The position numbers and the translations under genes are program-made. A DNA stretch of 47,992 nucleotides, counting the filler, from Catajapyx aquilonaris (lineage: Eukaryota): NCBI GenBank assembly GCA_000934665.2. It is 2 parts of 2 records of this genome, joined end to end, with 100 filler letters (N's around TTAATTAATTAA, not from the genome) between each part and the next. Parts side by side here need not be neighbours in the genome. Positions count along the whole stretch, not along the records: positions 1 to 23,947 come from JYFJ02005593.1; 1 more part is not named here. One strand, 5' to 3'. This document shows, piece by piece, positions 1 to 12,026 of this stretch; the stretch's first letter is position 1; each line of letters starts with the position of its first letter. The notes under the pieces are model-generated. The model made no database searches, was not told the origin of the DNA, and worked only from the letters and a program-made list of their open reading frames with translations.

Positions 1-250
1 TGGATAATCCTTATAATGACATCATCAGAAATGCACAATTTTATGACGATCAAAGGAAAATATTATAAAAGGATGTTGTTATGAAAGGAATCAGCTGTAA
101 CATATTTTAATACTGTGAATGTATTTACTCAATGTATGTCAATTAGTATTGCAAATAAATGATTATTGCCAAATGCATACGTTTATTTATACAGGTGTGT
201 ATTGAACTACCAAAGAATTCCCCCAATGCATTTAGTCTATTAATGCACTT

Positions 251-473
251 AAATGAATAAAGTGACTTTATTCACCTGTCCCAGTTTCAAGTTGGCAAGT
301 GAATTAATATATTCACATTGACGCATAAGTTTATTTACTAAATGAATAGAGTGAAATTATTCACTTGTCCAATGTGGTGAATTTAAAAATGCACTCAATG
401 CATATATTAATGCATTTGAAATGAATAAAGTGAAATTATTCACCTGTCCCAGTTTCAAGTTGGTAAGTGAATA
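251..473. repeat. Degenerate tandem repeat, about 85-bp period, 3 units
   Basis: AAATGAATAAAGTGA..TTATTCACCTGTCCCAGTTTCAAGTTGG.AAGTGAAT at 251 and 419, with a diverged copy near 341. Confidence 0.7.
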
Positions 474-2576
474 GAATTATGCACTCCAGGTTTTCAGTGT
501 AATATATCTTTTGAAAGAGAGCGTCATTATCTACACAAATGAAAATAAAATCAATAAAAAATTGCATTTTTGAAGAAAAAAAAAGTCTTTTTCAGGCATG
601 TTTTCTCATGTGACCATACTTTGACCAGGAGTATCTCTTCTTTGAATGCAGATATTAATGATATTATTTGCGTGGGTCAGAACAATAACGGCATATCCCA
701 CCCAAGGGTCTAATTTGAGTTTTTGGTGGCTGTGATTGCAAGATACATCAATGAATCAGTTCCATAAGTTGGAGCCAGCTTGGAGCCATACCTTTCTATT
801 AAATCCACATTTACATTGATATGACTACATTAAAAAGTATTATTCTGCACACATTTAAACCTCGAATATCTCAAAAACAGTTGTGATTGGGATATGCCGT
901 TATTGTTCTGACCCACTCATTTGTCCTTACAACATGCCCTTTAACAACGTTGTACATAATTGGTTTCATTTGTATAACCTTAATAACAACTCCGTAATAA
1001 ATTGCGTACTTAGTGAATTTTCAGCAAAACAAGCCCTTTTGGCGATTTTTTTGAAGATGACTGCTGTACCAGTAAATTACGTCATTGTGATACCGAATTT
1101 TGATATAATTTTATAATAGAATCCATGCTACTTTGTTATACAAAAAATAACAATTAAATATTTAAATGGCTTCTTCCAGAAAATATTTAGAAGAAGTGTG
1201 CTATATTGTATCACAATGACGAAATTTGTCATCTGAAAAAAAAATTGTATCTCACTTACAAAAAGTATGCACCGGGTTTTGACACTAACTCATTTTAAAA
1301 CCTGTCTGTCCGTGTAAAATAAAAAATGGGGTTTTTGAGAAAATAATTTTTGAAATATGCGTGTTTTCGCTTGTTGCCATATTTTCACCTCGCATATCTC
1401 AACTACACGCGGAGCTAGCAAAGGTTTTATTGCATGACCTTTAGGGGGTCACCGAGTATATCCCAAAATATAATCGGCATAACCGTCACGTTTACCATAA
1501 CGCCGTAATAAATTGCGAAATATGCGAATTTTGACCAAAATATGCAATGTTGGAGATTTTTTGCAGGTGACTGTAACATTAAATAAGGTGAATTTATGCA
1601 TTACATAACAGCGTGTTATTCCAAAAGCATGGGTTTAAAATTTCATGTTGTTATTCAAAGCAGTTCCCGAATTATACTCATTGAAAGCAATGGAAAAAGT
1701 GCACCTTCCCGTGAAGGTTATTTTGGTACCCCTTGAAAGAAATATTAATATCTCGATAACTAAATATAATCTGGTAAAACTGATTGCTCCATAAGGGTTC
1801 AATTGGATGTGGGTTTCACATATATTTTTTAAAAAAACCGAAGACCATGACTGGGCACCCTCCGTCTGGATTGAAATGGAACCAGCCACCGGTATAATAC
1901 TGGAGTCTTCCATATTACTCCAGTATTTATTGACCAGAGTGGATAATATTTTATTGAGTAGTGTTCATATTCTCATGAAGCAATTCTTTAGTTGCAATTA
2001 ATTTATTCAGCAGAATGGATAATTTTATTGAGTTTGTTAACTTTCTCATAAAACAATTATTTTGTTCCTATAAATTTATTGAAGGCCTAATTTTTTATTG
2101 AAAGAACTAGTTAGAACGGGGAGCAATATATTTATAGTACATTTTAAATAAATTTATTGCTTCCAAGTTTACAGTGATATGCATACTAAGCAAAAAGTCT
2201 CCTTGGCCTGCCTCTCCATTTTCTGGAACCCACCAGAAATCAGTCCTCATGGAAACTCATTGTTTCATTATTGCCACCTTCATTATTGATTAGGATATTT
2301 CGATTGAAATGTCCGTTTTAGCAATGTACTTCTCTAAGCTGATTATTTTAATCAGTTATTATTGCTTATTACTTGAAGTTTAGGCTGTAAAAAGTATTAT
2401 AGCTACTGACTGACTGATTAGGCCGATTTGAATCACCCGTCCAATATTAATAATAATTGCAATTACTTTGCGTATGAGAATCGCCCATTGGAACAATTTG
2501 CCCAAAAATCAAAATCAACTGGAAAGACGTGTCAAGTGGAACACTCTGTTAGGCATTGAAGAGGCTGCTAAACAAG

Positions 2577-3085
2577 TATATGGGTGATTCTCCAAAAACT
2601 TACCATTTTCAAAGCAAGAATTAATGAATTCCAAAACTTGTTTTAAAAATCTGGAAAAATTCTCACTTACTCTATATGAGGTCACAAATCAGGGAAAAAT
2701 ATGGAGAACTAATTCTGATATTCTAATGCCAGGAGAGTGAATATTTCCAGGAGTTCGGGAGCCAGAAGAATGACATATGCATGCAATAGGATTAATATCA
2801 CGGTCCAGAACAAACGTTGTCTATGGAGATTTCGGTGGGTTCAAGAAGACCCTTCATTCCATGGAATCACAGTTATTTCAATACATTTAAGCCATTATGT
2901 GACATAGAAAAATGAGCCAGGAGAGTGAACTTTTAATTTCCGGGAGAAAAATGACCTTTGGATGCATTAGGATTAATATCACGGTCAAGAACAAACGTTG
3001 ACCCTGGACATTTCTGTGGGTTCAAGAAGACCCTTCATGCCATGGAATCAGAGTTATTTCAAAACATTTAAACTATTTTGTGCCT
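2577..3085. mobile_element. Non-autonomous DNA element with an internal ~180-bp direct repeat
   Basis: Starts TATATGGGTGATTCTCCAAAAACTTAC, identical to 5666. The segment 2780-2900 recurs at 2961-3081. Confidence 0.55.
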
Positions 3086-3284
3086 TTTATATCAAACTCG
3101 CGCGCCATTGCGGGCCGACAGGTGTCAGCATCAGGGATGCGCAAGATGAGGGGCGTAGTGTATCGGCGACACGGAGATAATTTATTGCATTGATTACCCA
3201 CATGAATGCTGATGAACACCCTATGTGTTATTTGTTACCCCAACCTCCAAATCAATCATCGCATTCGTATAGCTACATATAGTC

Positions 3285-4053
3285 TACTGTAGTATTATAG
3301 TATTTATAGTATAGCTACTGACGCGTGACGCCACAAGCTTATCATTGTCAGTTGCATTGTCCCACTAACGTCGACAAATATTCAGACTGCCCAATGCGTT
3401 ACAGTCTGAACACGGCAAAATCCGTAAATGCGTTTTTTTTCATATATTGCCACAGACGAGTAGGTTGACTATGGTCAACAAGTAACGGTCTCAACTGCCT
3501 AACCGGTAATGACCGGTTACAACAACCGACCAATAGTTGAGACAGATATTATATATTTCAAATTAATAATCATAATCATCATTAAATGTGGTTTATCCAC
3601 ATTCCATACTACAGGGTCATACAGCCCTGTGGTGTGCAGTGTTCACACGTCACACATCTGGCGCACCTCTGGCTCATTTGAGCAAGGAGTGCGCCAGATT
3701 TGTGGTGCACTACGCCACACTGCACACCACAGGGCTGTGTGACCCTGTAGTATGTAATGTGGATAAACCACATTTAATGATGATTATGATTATTAATTTA
3801 AAATATGTTATCTGCGTTCAAAAGGTGTCTACCGGTTAGGCGGTTTAGACCGTGGCTTGTTGACCATTGTCAACCTACTCGTCTGTGGCACTAGATGAAA
3901 TAGATCCATTTACGAATTCAGACGATGTTCAGACTACAGGTATTTGGCAGTCTGAATAGGGATGCGATGCGAGTGGGAGGTGGGACAATGTAACTATTAA
4001 TAATAGTCTTATTGTAATGTCAGTATTTACTATAAAATACTATAAGGCCTACA
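3285..4053. mobile_element. ~770-bp imperfect palindrome (foldback/MITE-like)
   Basis: Arms pair along the whole length, e.g. 3560-3642 with 3716-3800, 3447-3508 with 3830-3890 and 3379-3400 with 3937-3958; centre near 3678. Confidence 0.85.
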
Positions 4054-4544
4054 ACTTACCTATATATACGTATGTACGGTACTGGTTAGCAGACGACGTC
4101 CGAGTTTTATACTTTCCAGTGAACTTCGTGGGCAATGAAAGTCCCTATACTGGAAGCCTTTGTTTAAAAAATACAGAGTGCACTAAAAATACCAAGGGGT
4201 ATTCACTTCGGTACTCCGGTGTACACCTGCAAGTGGTACTCCCAGGTACTCCTTAGGTACTTTACTCTTTGGTACACCTTGGTACTCCTTGAATTACGAC
4301 TTGCTCGTAGGTACTACTCCAGTGTACACTTTTCAGTCCAGTGGTTACCCCCTTGAAAAATACTGTGTTCTGTGTAAGTGATGTGTGATAGTATACCAAA
4401 CACCTTAAAAGGCTTTTATTTACTAAACTTATAACTGCAGTTAGTTGGAAAGTGGATAAAATAATTAACTCTAGTTTTCAGGGCTGAATTTCGTGCGTAA
4501 TTTATTTCTTGGCAAGTTACCGTCCCCAATACCTTGCTGTTATA

Positions 4545-5441
4545 CAGGGTGTCACAGAAGTCTCGAACCATAGCAATTACGTAATTACTCAATTACGTAA
4601 AATTTGTGGCTCATAGTTTGGACATTTTCGATTTGCAACTCATGGGGCACAATTAAGGATTTTAAAAGTCACATGATTCTGTATAATTACGCCATCAATG
4701 CACAGTATCGCCCCACAGTATTTCAAATGTTAATAAATAGGTTATAAAAAATATTGGCACATGCACGTTACCTTATCTTGTTACAATAACATGAACTGAG
4801 CGAAAATGCACACAAAAGTGAAAGGTCCTCTACATTGAAAGAATGAAAGAATTAGAATCTTGGGTAGAATAGGCAATAGGCCCTATACTACAGGATGATC
4901 TTCGCCTTTTTTGACCCCCCCCCNCCCTCCCCAAGACCCACATAACATGCACCTTCGCATATTATGCCTTACAAACACTCTTTTACTGTCACACCTCCTT
5001 TGGGAAAAATCTTATGAGCTATACACCTCCCACGTTTCCAGCCTTGAGGACGGAAGTTACTAATAAACTTACTTGATTGTTACATAGTTCTCCATCCCCG
5101 GGCATTTTAGAATTTTGTGTAAAATGTAGATAAAAGTATTTCTAGTTTTGTGACAACTCACACCTCCCCTGGAGGCTGTCTACACCTCCCCAGGGGAGGT
5201 GTTCCCCACAGTTTAAGAACCTGCCCTGCTTTAGAGTATGGAATGTTCTAATCTAAAAAGCATTTAATATTAGATACGGTACATACTTTAGTGATGCCTG
5301 ACAGCAAAGTGCCCTCCTAGCCCATTAGACTATATCCTCTATCAATCACTTCGACCAATCAGGTGGAAGAGAAGGGGATCCTCTAATCAGAATTGCTGCC
5401 ACTTCTTCCAGAAAAGAGAGGTACTTCACTTTGATACCCTG
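4545..5441. mobile_element. Degenerate Tc1/mariner-type MITE, possibly with a nested hAT-like MITE (~4891-5228)
   Basis: TA|CAGGGTGTCACAGAAGT ... ACTTCACTTTGATACCCTG|TA imperfect TIRs. An internal segment ends ...CAGTTTAAGAACCTGCCCTG, resembling hAT MITE ends, but no matching 8-bp TSD is seen. Confidence 0.4.
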
Positions 5442-5665
5442 TAGCATAAGAGAAACCTTATAAAAGGGTGTATACACCTGCCATTCGCCACCCTCCCCCC
5501 TTCAAAAATCACTCAGGTTTACATATAACAATCTTGCCTTCATCAACCGTTTTTAAACATTTAAAACTAAAAGTAATAAGGCTTATTACTTTTAGTTTTA
5601 AATGGTTAAAAACATATGCCATATATGACCGTGGCTCGTTTTCCATCTTAATGAACCTTATACAG

Positions 5666-6425
5666 TATATGGGTGATTCTCCAAAAACTTACTAATACTA
5701 TGTCCCGCCATAATAGCTAAAAATTAATGGCTTGACTGAGAAGTTGATTTTTCAAACATTTGTAGAAGCAGTTGACACCTATCTATCCCCATGAAAACAA
5801 AGAAAAATATTAAATTACCTTTTACTCGGGGCCTAAAATCACTATTCTTGGCGTGTCCCGATCTCATTTTAAATCATACTATATTTTCTTACCATTTTAT
5901 CATTAACATTAGACAAGTTCCAATACTATAATTAAATTGTACACACTTGAAGGTATAAAACAACATTTTAAAACCAATTTAATCATTTGACATGAGTCAC
6001 ATGACCTTGCTGCATCACTCCAAATTGTGTCCCGAGTTTTCATGTTACTCTCCTGGATCAGGATATTTGTTTAAATTTTGCAGTGAAACGAAGGGATTTT
6101 TTACTCAGTTATTTGGCAACACTGCTTCTCCATGACACATTGATTTAACTACAGATTTTTGTGCAAGAATGCCGTCTCCTATTGGGTTTAAAAAAATTAA
6201 GTAGTTTTAAATTTAGTTATGTAGCACATTTTGCGCTCACACTCCTGGTTCACTTTTCTATGGCACATAATAAGTAAAATGTTTTTAAATAACTGTTATT
6301 CCATGACATGAATGGACCTCATCACCTGACAGAAATTTCTAGAGTCACTGTTTGTTCTGGACCGTCAAATTAATCCTAAAGCATCCAAAGGTCATTCTTC
6401 TGGCTCCCAAACTCCTGCCAATAAT
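5666..6425. mobile_element. Second member of the ATGGGTGATTC-terminated family
   Basis: 27-bp start identical to 2577. The segment 6235-6425 is a diverged reverse complement of 2740-2928. Confidence 0.55.
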
Positions 6426-6597
6426 ATTTAATAATATTAATATTTTAACAAAATTATCGTTCTTGAACAAGATGCGACTCAAAAAATTGCCCATCATCAA
6501 CTAGTGTCTGAAAAATTAATATTAAACTTCCGGCAGCTTTTTAGTGCCTGCTATCGTAACAGGAGACCCCGCATTTTTAATCTATACTTTCTTATAG

Positions 6598-6705
6598 GCA
6601 TGTATCCTCTGAAGTATATGCTTGTATCCGCTGAAGGACAGGCGTGTATCAGCTGAAGGATAAGCGTGTATCTGCTGAAGGATAGACTTGTATCCGCCGA
6701 GAAGG
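6598..6705. repeat. 22-bp minisatellite, about 5 units
   Basis: Consensus GCGTGTATCCGCTGAAGGATAG at 6598, 6620, 6642, 6664 and 6686 (degenerate). Confidence 0.85.
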
Positions 6706-7854
6706 AAGGTTAGGTCATGAGGTAGGTTAGTGCAGCGTGACCCTACACCTGCCACATTCGATCTCTTATTACGAAAGTTCTCCTTTTTCTCATAATGGCG
6801 GCCGAAGGATTTCCCATTTATATAGGCCATATAAATAATATGCCTATTTTCGTAGCAAATAAACATCTCCATAATGTTATGTTATGCGTTTATTATTGTT
6901 TATTCTATTTTGTGAATATTAATGTGATAAGTTATTTGTCATTTATGCAGTAATTAATTCACTATCGCCATCCTTAATCGCAGTATTACGTACTTAATAT
7001 TTTATATTACAGTATCACGTAGTCTTTTATTTACATATCGTAGTAATTAATCATTTATTACTTCACTGAGTTTGTCAATGTCTATCAAGTTCCACGGTCT
7101 AGAAATTTACCTATTCATCACCGCCACTTTTAGTAATTAATATATTGGTAACTCAAAAATAGCTATTATTTACCATTGGCATCAAGATTAAAAGAAAAAT
7201 TAGCTACGGTTCCTGGCATCTGCTTTTCATCGAAAAATATGGCAAAATATTTTCCGATACTATACGAATGTGAGCTCAATTCTGGTACGCACAGGATTAG
7301 GTTTCTGTCAGAGACAACTGCGATGAATAGAACCACTTTCATAACTGTTCAGTTTCAAATAAAATATCCGCAGTAGATAGCAATTATTTGCTCTAAGATG
7401 CTTATTTAGTTCACCAGTTAGTTCGAAGTTAATGATTTTTAGTGGCTATCAAATTAATTATTACCTATTAAAAGCTGCATTGCATCGCTGATTCAAGCAC
7501 TGAATTGCAAGGAATTTCCAATTGGGAACGACCATTGCAATAATTGGCATAGAACATCAATGATAGAACACATTTTTTGCAGCCCCCCCCCCCTCCTACT
7601 GCAGGAGTTATAAACGTGATATACGTCGCACACCAACAATATTAGCAGAAAGTAACTTTTAGCAGAAAGTAACTTTTCGGCTTTCTGCTAGAACAGGATA
7701 TGTTATTCTCTTATTCATATAATAACAATTTTTTAATGGGGGTGCATTCAGAAATAATTCTATGTCCAAACTTTAACCCCCCCCCCCCCCCCATAGCTGC
7801 AGTTCAGGTTATCAAGTGTAATGTGAAGTCATCTAAGTATGCTATGACGGCAAA

Positions 7855-7940
7855 TAGAACTCTGATGGGATCGAACTCAGGACCTCACAGGTGCAAGCCA
7901 AGTGGCCTTATCCTTTACAGTTTACACCATCATTCCGCTC
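7855..7940 (-). mobile_element. Degenerate tRNA-derived SINE head
   Basis: The minus strand reads ...GGATAAGGCCACTTGGCTTGCACCTGTGAGGTCCTGAGTTCGATCCC, with a B-box-like motif and a layout like the SINE at 32660-32914. Confidence 0.4.
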
Positions 7941-9230
7941 TATTCATCCCAATATTACCCTATGGCCTTCCGTCGAAACAACACAAAAATCCTGTTGCAT
8001 ATTTGGGGCTTGAACTACTAAAAGAATGTGCATGGCTCTACAGTATTTGTATCCACATGAGTTATGAGACCTAAATAATATCCCAATGCAAAATGAATCA
8101 AATCGTCACACACCTCGTTTGATTGACAAGAGCAGGATTCGATGGCGTAACTCAGGTCCATTTCATATAATCTTGGTTTTACAGACTTACTCCACTTGTT
8201 CCACATGCACTGTAGCTATTGATTCCAATCAATATTTTTGGGTACCGGTACTACTAATTAACACCACCGGACCATAAGCTTACACGTACCGTTTGGATCC
8301 GTAGCTTCCCAGGGTGTGAGTGTCGAATATATTGGGCCAGCCTTTGCTGTCCAATCCAGCGCAGAATTGTACCCCATTAAACTAAACACTTACCTGCAAA
8401 GTCAATGGGGTCAAATATCACTTTCAATATTTCAGTACCATGCGACAACGCGATTTCTATTGCAGCAAGGTTAGTTCATACTTCGCAGTAACTGTTGCAA
8501 CATTGAAAAATATTTTCAAGATGTACTTAAATTTATTGAGATAATGGATGTTAATAAGAAAACAAAATATTATTCATGAGATACAGCTTCTTGGTAACAG
8601 CTTTCTACATTTTAATAGTTTATAAATATTTACATTAAGGCGCTCTGTAAAATATAAAAACTATGTAACTCAAGTAACTTAAAAAGAGAAGTAGGCTATT
8701 TTTGGGGGTAGTTGCAGTGAGCCCCATTAGTTTCAGAGTGATAAGTTGTTATAATTCATATATGTAATTAGCACAGGAGGAGAATTTTAAATATTTTTAT
8801 ATTCTACCTCTAAATGCTATTTTATTGATATTAAATAAGGTAATGTTGTAACTGACTTGTACATTTTCCTATACCTGATGCAACCCTTCCCCATTACAAA
8901 CCCGGAAAGTTTTTCACATAAAATAAATTGTACCTTAGCTGAGTATGTATACTTGCGCACATACTTGAAAGGAAAAAAATTCAAGTGAAAAAGAGCCTGC
9001 CCCTTTCGAGTACATACTGAGTCAGGTGTGTTTGAGGTACTATTTGAGGAGATTGTTAGTCCCATCTTTGTTTCAGATCACATGAGGAGGAATACCACGG
9101 TCTCGAATGGCAGATCCCCTTATTAATTTTTGTGCCACATTAATTATGTAACTGACGAAACCATGCCCTTAATTAAATACAGCAAGAAATACAGGGTGTT
9201 CTAAGTTCGTGGGTCGTTTTTAGTCGTCAC

Positions 9231-9386
9231 TATCGACTGAATCAGTTATTGCTGCATATATGCAAAAATAACTGATTCAGTCGATATAGCTTGTTGTGCC
9301 CTGATCCAGGTGTCCTATTACTCCCAGGTAGTCGAATATAGCAGTTTCAATAGAATAGGGCACCTGGATCGGGGCACAACAAGCTA
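9231..9386. repeat. Two abutting short palindromes (56 bp and 100 bp)
   Basis: 9231-9250 pairs perfectly with 9267-9286 around a self-complementary TGCATATATGCA. 9287-9319 pairs with 9354-9386 with 2 mismatches. Confidence 0.9.
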
Positions 9387-12020
9387 CAAAAAATAACAGC
9401 TTCGAGTGAAATTTCCGATTACTAAAAGTACTGTATTAATACTTGGAACACAATGTGTTTCCTTCCACATTGGACAGACGAGCATAATGGCACTTTCCAA
9501 TATGCTGACGTACCTGTACTCTGCCTGCTGTCTTTCTATGTGCGTCATTCCTAAGGCAAAAATATGTATAAATATTTGGCATATTAGGACTATGGAGCGC
9601 AAAACTAAAATGATTTCTAATGTTATTTCGTGACGGTATCTATTTTATCCAACACTGCTCTGAATCAGATCCACTAGTAGATAGGCAACCCTGAATTTAT
9701 TCTGAACAATATTTTGTATTATTCAGTAGAATCCACCAAAAACTACTTCAGGCAATAATAACAAGTTATAATTATATTAACGCTATTGATAATGTGATAA
9801 TAATAACAATCAAGAATATAATTATGTTGAAACATGCTCTCATTTATTTTAAAGTAAACTGTGTTCGAGAAAAATGCTTTATAAATATTGTACCTGGAGT
9901 TTTTCGTCCTTCTCCTGGCGATCAGTAACCATCAACACAAAACATATAAAAACTTATCTGAACTTATCATTCTACATTTACAGTATATGCAAAAAGAAAA
10001 GAAAAAAGAAATGCCTTACTTTTACTCTTTGACAGCATTAAGCTTAACTAAGCCCCAATAAGACGGGTGTAACAGTAACAGATACTGCACATCTTGCGAA
10101 GCTAATTAAGAGTCATTAGTAATCAGAATGCGGTCAACTAATACCTAGTGAAACTTTTATATTGACAGGATATCCTAATATCATTTTTAATCAAGATTTT
10201 TCACATTTTATGACCACAAGTATAATTCAATTGGTCAATAATGCAGATAGCACTAATTTGTATAGTTTAATTATTAATTCTGAAGGTTTATCTCACAAAA
10301 CGGCATGGGCAGTTTAAGTTAGAACTGCTTATTGATGTCACAAGTAAATGTGACCATTCACGCTGCTTTATGCTTTTTTCATCCAACAATGATTCAGAAG
10401 ATGACCTTGCTCTGCATTTTTTTGTGATTAGATCGCACTGATTACCCTTATAAGTAAACAACTAGTCTCGCATCAAAAAGTAGACCGGCTTGTAGAAAAT
10501 ACTGCCTTATGTGGCTGTTAGCTAATTCACGCACATTACTAAAACTGACAATGAAACCAATTTTTTTATTATTTCCGCTGCACGATTTTGAAGGTGACTG
10601 GAAAAATGACAAAAAAGAGTGAATAAATAGTCGTCACACTGGCTGAGCACCGCTGAAAATAATTCCTCTTCCTCACATGCTATGAGGTCATAACTGCAAT
10701 TCGTGACTGACATCTCCTGTGACCATCAAGGTCTTGGTGGCCACCTAGCTGAAGCGAGGATTCTTAGAATGTACGCGGGTGTTGACATAACTCCGGTGTT
10801 CGTGACCGTTAAAAAGACCTGTTCCAGACCGAGAGTAAAACGAGAGTGACGAAAAGGCTTGTTGTTGTTTTCCTCATGCAGAGAAATAACGAGGTCTTTG
10901 ATGCTTGGTCACAATACTGTGACGTAAAAGGTGCGTTAAAATTGCGTCAAGTCATATTTTCTTGGGGCATGGACCAGCTAAGTGTGACTCCTCCTCTTCC
11001 TGCTTTTATCTTGTTGAAGCAATTAACACTTGTTATGTAGGTTTACTCATTAAAGGGCCATTAATTTTATTGGCAGACAAAGTACTGGTTAACAGTAGGA
11101 TCCGTACTGTAAAAGTGTTCTCAGGTAATTTTATTATGGTTGCATGATATATGACGTTTAACAAAACTGATACGTTTGCAATAATTATGTGACAGGTGTA
11201 CACCGTGTACTGTACCTCTTACTGTTAGAGAGATGATGTCAGAAAAATGCGTAGATGGTACAATAGTAAGTCATTTCTGGTCGAGGAGTCACGTAAATGC
11301 CCCATAGCTTCTGGTTTTTCCAAATGCGTAACACTGTACACACCCGTCATATCAATACTTTGATATCGACGAAAGCATCACCTTGTACCTGCTGGTCAAT
11401 GTTAAAGAATGCTACACCTGTAGCTAAATAATTTAGTGGTCTGCTTTACCTGCCAGAATGTAGTACCTGCACATTTTTTAAAATCATACCTACATATTCA
11501 AACCAGATGCAGACTGTGGAATAGGCCTCCTTATATTCTAGAGACGAACGTGACAAAAAATATCCCTTTGACCAAAACATAACGTGAACGCAAATTTTCT
11601 TCAAAAATCTCCAATCATGCCACAAAAAATGGGTGGAAAGTAACACAATTTAATTGTCACTGTTCAGTCACAATACAAATGAATGTAACAAATATATGAC
11701 AAATTTGTACATGGTGTGAGCATATAGACATCGGAGGAAAGAATCTGCCTCGTGGTTAAAAAGGAGCGACATTGAAGCAAGCAGGAAATTCCATGGCACC
11801 GGAAGAACCCAAGTTTCCCCAAGTGTTTTTCATGTATTATGTACATAATTGTTATGCCATAAAAAAGAATCGCTCCCTCTTATAAACTCTTTCTCTCCTT
11901 GTCTCTCTCTCGTATTATACACAAGATAAAACATTGGACGACACCTGAGTTTCCGGGCCAGCATTTTTTTCTTGTCAAATGTGTTCTTTTTTTTGTTCAC
12001 CGGATTATGTCATTGTTTTT

Positions 12021-12026
12021 TTTATT
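12021..12026 (-). terminator. Candidate distal poly(A) signal for Abd-B
   Basis: The minus strand reads TTTTTTGTTTGTTTGTATTTATAAATAAA: a U-rich tract and UGUA directly before AATAAA. Assignment to Abd-B is inference. Confidence 0.35.

Noticed and set aside
6598..6705. CRISPR-like array
   Set aside because: Head-to-tail 22-bp units without spacers in a eukaryotic genome: a minisatellite.
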